This document shows positions 1 through 1,151 of a stretch of DNA of 1,151 bases, one piece after another; within the stretch, counting starts at the first letter, position 1, and every line of letters begins with the position of its first letter. Made by a program: the position numbers and the translations under genes. The DNA comes from Naegleria gruberi (Eukaryota): assembly GCA_000004985.1 (NCBI GenBank), contig GG739527.1, one strand, 5' to 3'. Under the pieces are notes generated by a model. That model saw only the letters and a list, made by a program, of their open reading frames with translations, did not search any database and was not told the DNA's origin.

Positions 1-267
1 TTTGTGTACAACACATTGGGCAGGTTGAATGTAGCTATGGCTGATGTGGAAGGAAGCAAAGGGAGAACTCTCCTCTGGTGGTACTGATGAAGGTTGTTAG
101 CAGGGTGGTGATGAAATCATGGGTGATTGTTGTTTGTTGTTTTTTTTGTTGAATATTTAACGGTCATAACATTCAACTTTCAGCGGTAACATATTTGTTG
201 GTGGTGAAAAAACTCAAATGCAGTGGCCAGGATTTGTTGGGACGATCTTACAGTGAGGTTGGGTGGG
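1..267 (-). other. Non-coding 3' flank, covering the 3' UTR and downstream intergenic DNA of the minus-strand gene.
   Basis: All three minus-strand frames have stops here: plus-strand TTA, CTA or TCA at 35, 97, 117, 157, 164, 173, 180, 214 and 248. There is no plus ORF longer than 17 aa apart from the overlapping 223..411 artefact. No tRNA-like or rRNA-like signatures are present. Confidence 0.7.
125..200 (-). terminator. Putative mRNA 3'-end formation and polyadenylation region. On the mRNA strand it has A-rich positioning-like tracts and AT-rich elements.
   Basis: The reverse complement of 121..200 reads ...caacaaatatgttaccgctgaaagttgaatgttatgaccgttaaatattcaacaaaaaaaacaacaaacaacaatcaccc. 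It contains 'aaatatgtta' and 'ttaaatatt' (AT-rich, efficiency-element-like but not a canonical TATATA) and an A8 run followed by (CAA)n-like A-rich sequence. It lies about 70-145 nt downstream of the stop. Yeast-type poly(A) signals are degenerate, so this is only suggestive. Confidence 0.3.
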
Positions 268-1151
268 TCAAAAAGTGAGGGTTGTAATTATGACAATCTT
301 CCTATTGTTATTCGAAAGTTGTTGAGCCAATCCATTAAAAAGAAGTGGAAAGTGAATGTTTGGAAGTTGAACATTCACCCAAGTAAATCCAGTAAATCCA
401 TTTCCATTTGAATTCATTGAGAAATGATTAATAGACGCATTATTGAATTGTTGTAAATGTGGTTGAACAATTAGGGATTGATTTTGGGGATGTCGCACCA
501 CTTGACCATTATTAATCGGTACATGATTCATCACTCTTTCATTTTGATTATTATTTCTTATAGGATTTATGTTTGCTTGCTGATTATTTCTAATAACATT
601 TTCATTCTGTTGTGGTTGATAGATAGTTTGATTTCTTGGTGGAGTATTATTCTGTTGTGTCTGTCGTGGTGGAGTTACATTCATCCTATTTCGTGGTGGA
701 CTATTAGTCTGTATCTGTCGTGTCTGTTGTGTCTGTTGTGGTGCTTGTGGACCTATTGGTGGTTGTGGTTGACCATTCACTTGAGCCTCCTCATTTTCAG
801 AGCCATTCTCTTGTCCATTTTCAACTCCAAATCTTTCCTGCAACTCCCTTGCTTTTCTATTAATTTTCAAATAGAAATTCTCCATCAAGTATGGAACATA
901 ATGTTGCCTGCAATGTTTCCAACTTTTTTCCTGAATATTTTCAATGAACTTCAACACCAAATTATCAATGAATGGAATGAGCTGGTTCTCGGTAATTAAA
1001 CGAGGAAGAGAAGGTTCTGAGAAAACTCTACGATTCTCCTCAGCAATGAAACATTTTACAATGTGAATTTTCTGGTATAGAGTAATGTGATGGTCGCAGT
1101 GGATATCGTTATAGTGACAGGATGGACATCGGCTAGAGGAGAGATGAGGTA
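268..1151 (-). CDS. 5'-truncated protein-coding gene. N-terminus lies beyond the window. Its product has a Cys/His cluster, a structured region and a long Q/N/P-rich prion-like C-terminal region. Likely a fungal nuclear regulatory protein of unknown identity.
   Basis: I checked in-frame plus-strand triplets for TTA, CTA and TCA, which would be minus-strand stops. There are none from 1149 down to the TGA stop at 270..268, which is the plus-strand 'tca' at 268..270. That gives at least 294 open codons in an AT-rich sequence where stops are frequent. The visible N-terminal translation is ...PHLSSSRCPSCHYNDIHCDHHITLYQKIHIVKCFIAEENRRVFSEPSLPRLITENQLIPFIDNLVLKFIENIQEKSWKHCRQHYVPYLMENFYLKINRKARELQERFG..., which is compositionally complex and protein-like. 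The track's 'M' at 958..960 is a TTG (plus-strand 'caa'), so it is not the true start. The first in-frame ATG in the window is at 885..883, but the frame stays open for 89 codons upstream of it. The other two minus frames over 1..267 carry several stops. Confidence 0.82.
   Translation of the reverse strand, partial: PHLSSSRCPSCHYNDIHCDHHITLYQKIHIVKCFIAEENRRVFSEPSLPRLITENQLIPFIDNLVLKFIENIQEKSWKHCRQHYVPYLMENFYLKINRKARELQERFGVENGQENGSENEEAQVNGQPQPPIGPQAPQQTQQTRQIQTNSPPRNRMNVTPPRQTQQNNTPPRNQTIYQPQQNENVIRNNQQANINPIRNNNQNERVMNHVPINNGQVVRHPQNQSLIVQPHLQQFNNASINHFSMNSNGNGFTGFTWVNVQLPNIHFPLLFNGLAQQLSNNNRKIVIITTLTF
634..702 (-). repeat. Three degenerate in-frame tandem units with a 27-30 nt period, each carrying an (S/T)PPR motif: NSPPRNRMNV, TPPRQTQQNN, TPPRNQTIYQ.
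   Basis: The plus strand has 'tcgtggtgga' at 691..700 and 664..673, and 'tcttggtgga' at 634..643. The spacings are 27 and 30 nt. The reverse complements encode S-P-P-R, T-P-P-R and T-P-P-R in the gene's frame. Confidence 0.7.
721..738 (-). repeat. Perfect 9-bp tandem duplication (tgtctgttg x2) encoding QQTQQT. A related copy, 'tctgttgtgtctgtcgtgg', lies at 651..669.
   Basis: The sequence 'tgtctgttgtgtctgttg' is read directly at 721..738. A similar 'tctgttgtgtctgtcgtgg' sits at 651..669. This is an in-frame microsatellite-like repeat inside the coding region. Confidence 0.75.
1051..1128 (-). other. Cys/His cluster (C-x2-C-x6-C-x-HH ... H ... C). Probably the C-terminal part of a zinc-binding module, such as the final CPxC pair of a RING, PHD or SP-RING-type finger, with the rest beyond the window.
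   Basis: Translation reads R-C-P-S-C-H-Y-N-D-I-H-C-D-H-H-I-T-L-Y-Q-K-I-H-I-V-K-C. That is four Cys and six His within 27 residues. 'CPxC' is a common terminal ligand pair in treble-clef and RING-type fingers. The module is cut by the window edge, so it cannot be classified. Confidence 0.35.

Larger units (their letters stand above)
300..828 (-). other. Compositionally biased Q/N/P-rich, prion-like low-complexity region of the encoded protein, covering about residues 46..220 of the track ORF.
   Basis: Translation reads GVENGQENGSENEEAQVNGQPQPPIGPQAPQQTQQTRQIQTNSPPRNRMNVTPPRQTQQNNTPPRNQTIYQPQQNENVIRNNQQANINPIRNNNQNERVMNHVPINNGQVVRHPQNQSLIVQPHLQQFNNASINHFSMNSNGNGF.... It is very rich in Q, N and P and has almost no charged or aliphatic residues except scattered R and I/V. 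The plus strand over this span is correspondingly TTG/GTT/TGG-rich. Confidence 0.8.

Noticed and set aside
37-90. Small plus-strand ORF (MADVEGSKGRTLLWWY*, 17 aa including the stop) in the 3' flank.
   Set aside because: It is far too short to call. It has no context to suggest a uORF or small protein. It lies in what is most likely the 3' UTR or intergenic region of the minus-strand gene.
1-267. Search for a tRNA or other structured RNA gene in the flank.
   Set aside because: There is no GTTCRANYC T-loop-like box and no A-box/B-box spacing. There is no convincing cloverleaf-compatible complementarity. Nothing supports an RNA gene call.
223-411. Plus-strand ORF of 62 aa overlapping the 3' end of the minus-strand gene.
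   Set aside because: It is short and overlaps the stop codon and C-terminal coding sequence of the real gene in antisense. Its K/S-rich, low-information product has no motif. Most likely a chance ORF.
958-960. The 'start codon' of the track's minus-strand ORF.
   Set aside because: The codon is TTG. The caller allows alternative starts, which do not apply to a eukaryotic nuclear gene. The frame stays open upstream to the window edge, so this is not the translation start.
478-999. Plus-strand ORF of 173 aa (MILGMSHHLTIINRYMIHHSFILIIISYRIYVCLL...WWLWLTIH...).
   Set aside because: It is entirely antisense to the longer, better-supported minus-strand ORF. Its extreme L/I/W/C/S content is exactly what the complement of CAA/AAC/CCA-rich (Q/N/P) codons produces: TTG, GTT, ATT and TGG. 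Q/N-rich genes routinely cast long stop-free shadows on the opposite strand. It has no recognisable motif.
1096-1128. C-x2-C-x6-C spacing resembling the first half of a fungal Zn2Cys6 (Gal4-type) binuclear cluster.
   Set aside because: The required second half, C-x2-C-x6-8-C within 5-12 residues, is absent. The next Cys is 14 residues away and stands alone. The characteristic basic residues between the cysteines are also missing.
1-1151. Possibility of a prokaryotic defence or accessory system, CRISPR array or mobile element, as the prompt hints.
   Set aside because: Nothing supports it. There are no direct or inverted repeats of CRISPR type and no terminal inverted repeats. Codon usage and the Q/N-rich protein are eukaryotic or fungal in character. 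There is a single gene with a long 3' flank and no operon-like packing.

Overview
This window looks like eukaryotic nuclear DNA, most plausibly from a budding-yeast-type fungus. The basis is about 62% AT content, codon usage dominated by CAA, AAT and CCA, and a Q/N/P-rich low-complexity protein. It is not a prokaryotic accessory region, and I see no CRISPR array, defence-system, mobile-element or RNA-gene signature. One real gene dominates, on the minus strand. Its reading frame is open from the right window edge (1151) down to a TGA stop at 270..268, so at least 294 codons are visible and the N-terminus and ATG lie beyond the window. The visible protein has three parts. Nearest the 5' edge is a Cys/His cluster, probably the tail of a zinc-binding module. 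Next is about 70 aa of complex, helix-like sequence. The last ~175 aa are Q/N/P-rich and prion-like. That region carries three evenly spaced (S/T)PPR motifs, which match the full CDK consensus, a 9-bp tandem duplication encoding QQTQQT, and a short aromatic/beta-prone C-terminal tail. Positions 1..267 are the non-coding 3' flank of this gene, with an A-rich tract on the mRNA strand that fits a yeast-style poly(A) region. Both plus-strand ORFs in the track are antisense or overlapping artefacts. The track's minus ORF start at 960 is a TTG, not the true start. I found no evidence for a novel biological system here. The points worth a second look are the domain architecture and the repeat structure of this one gene.
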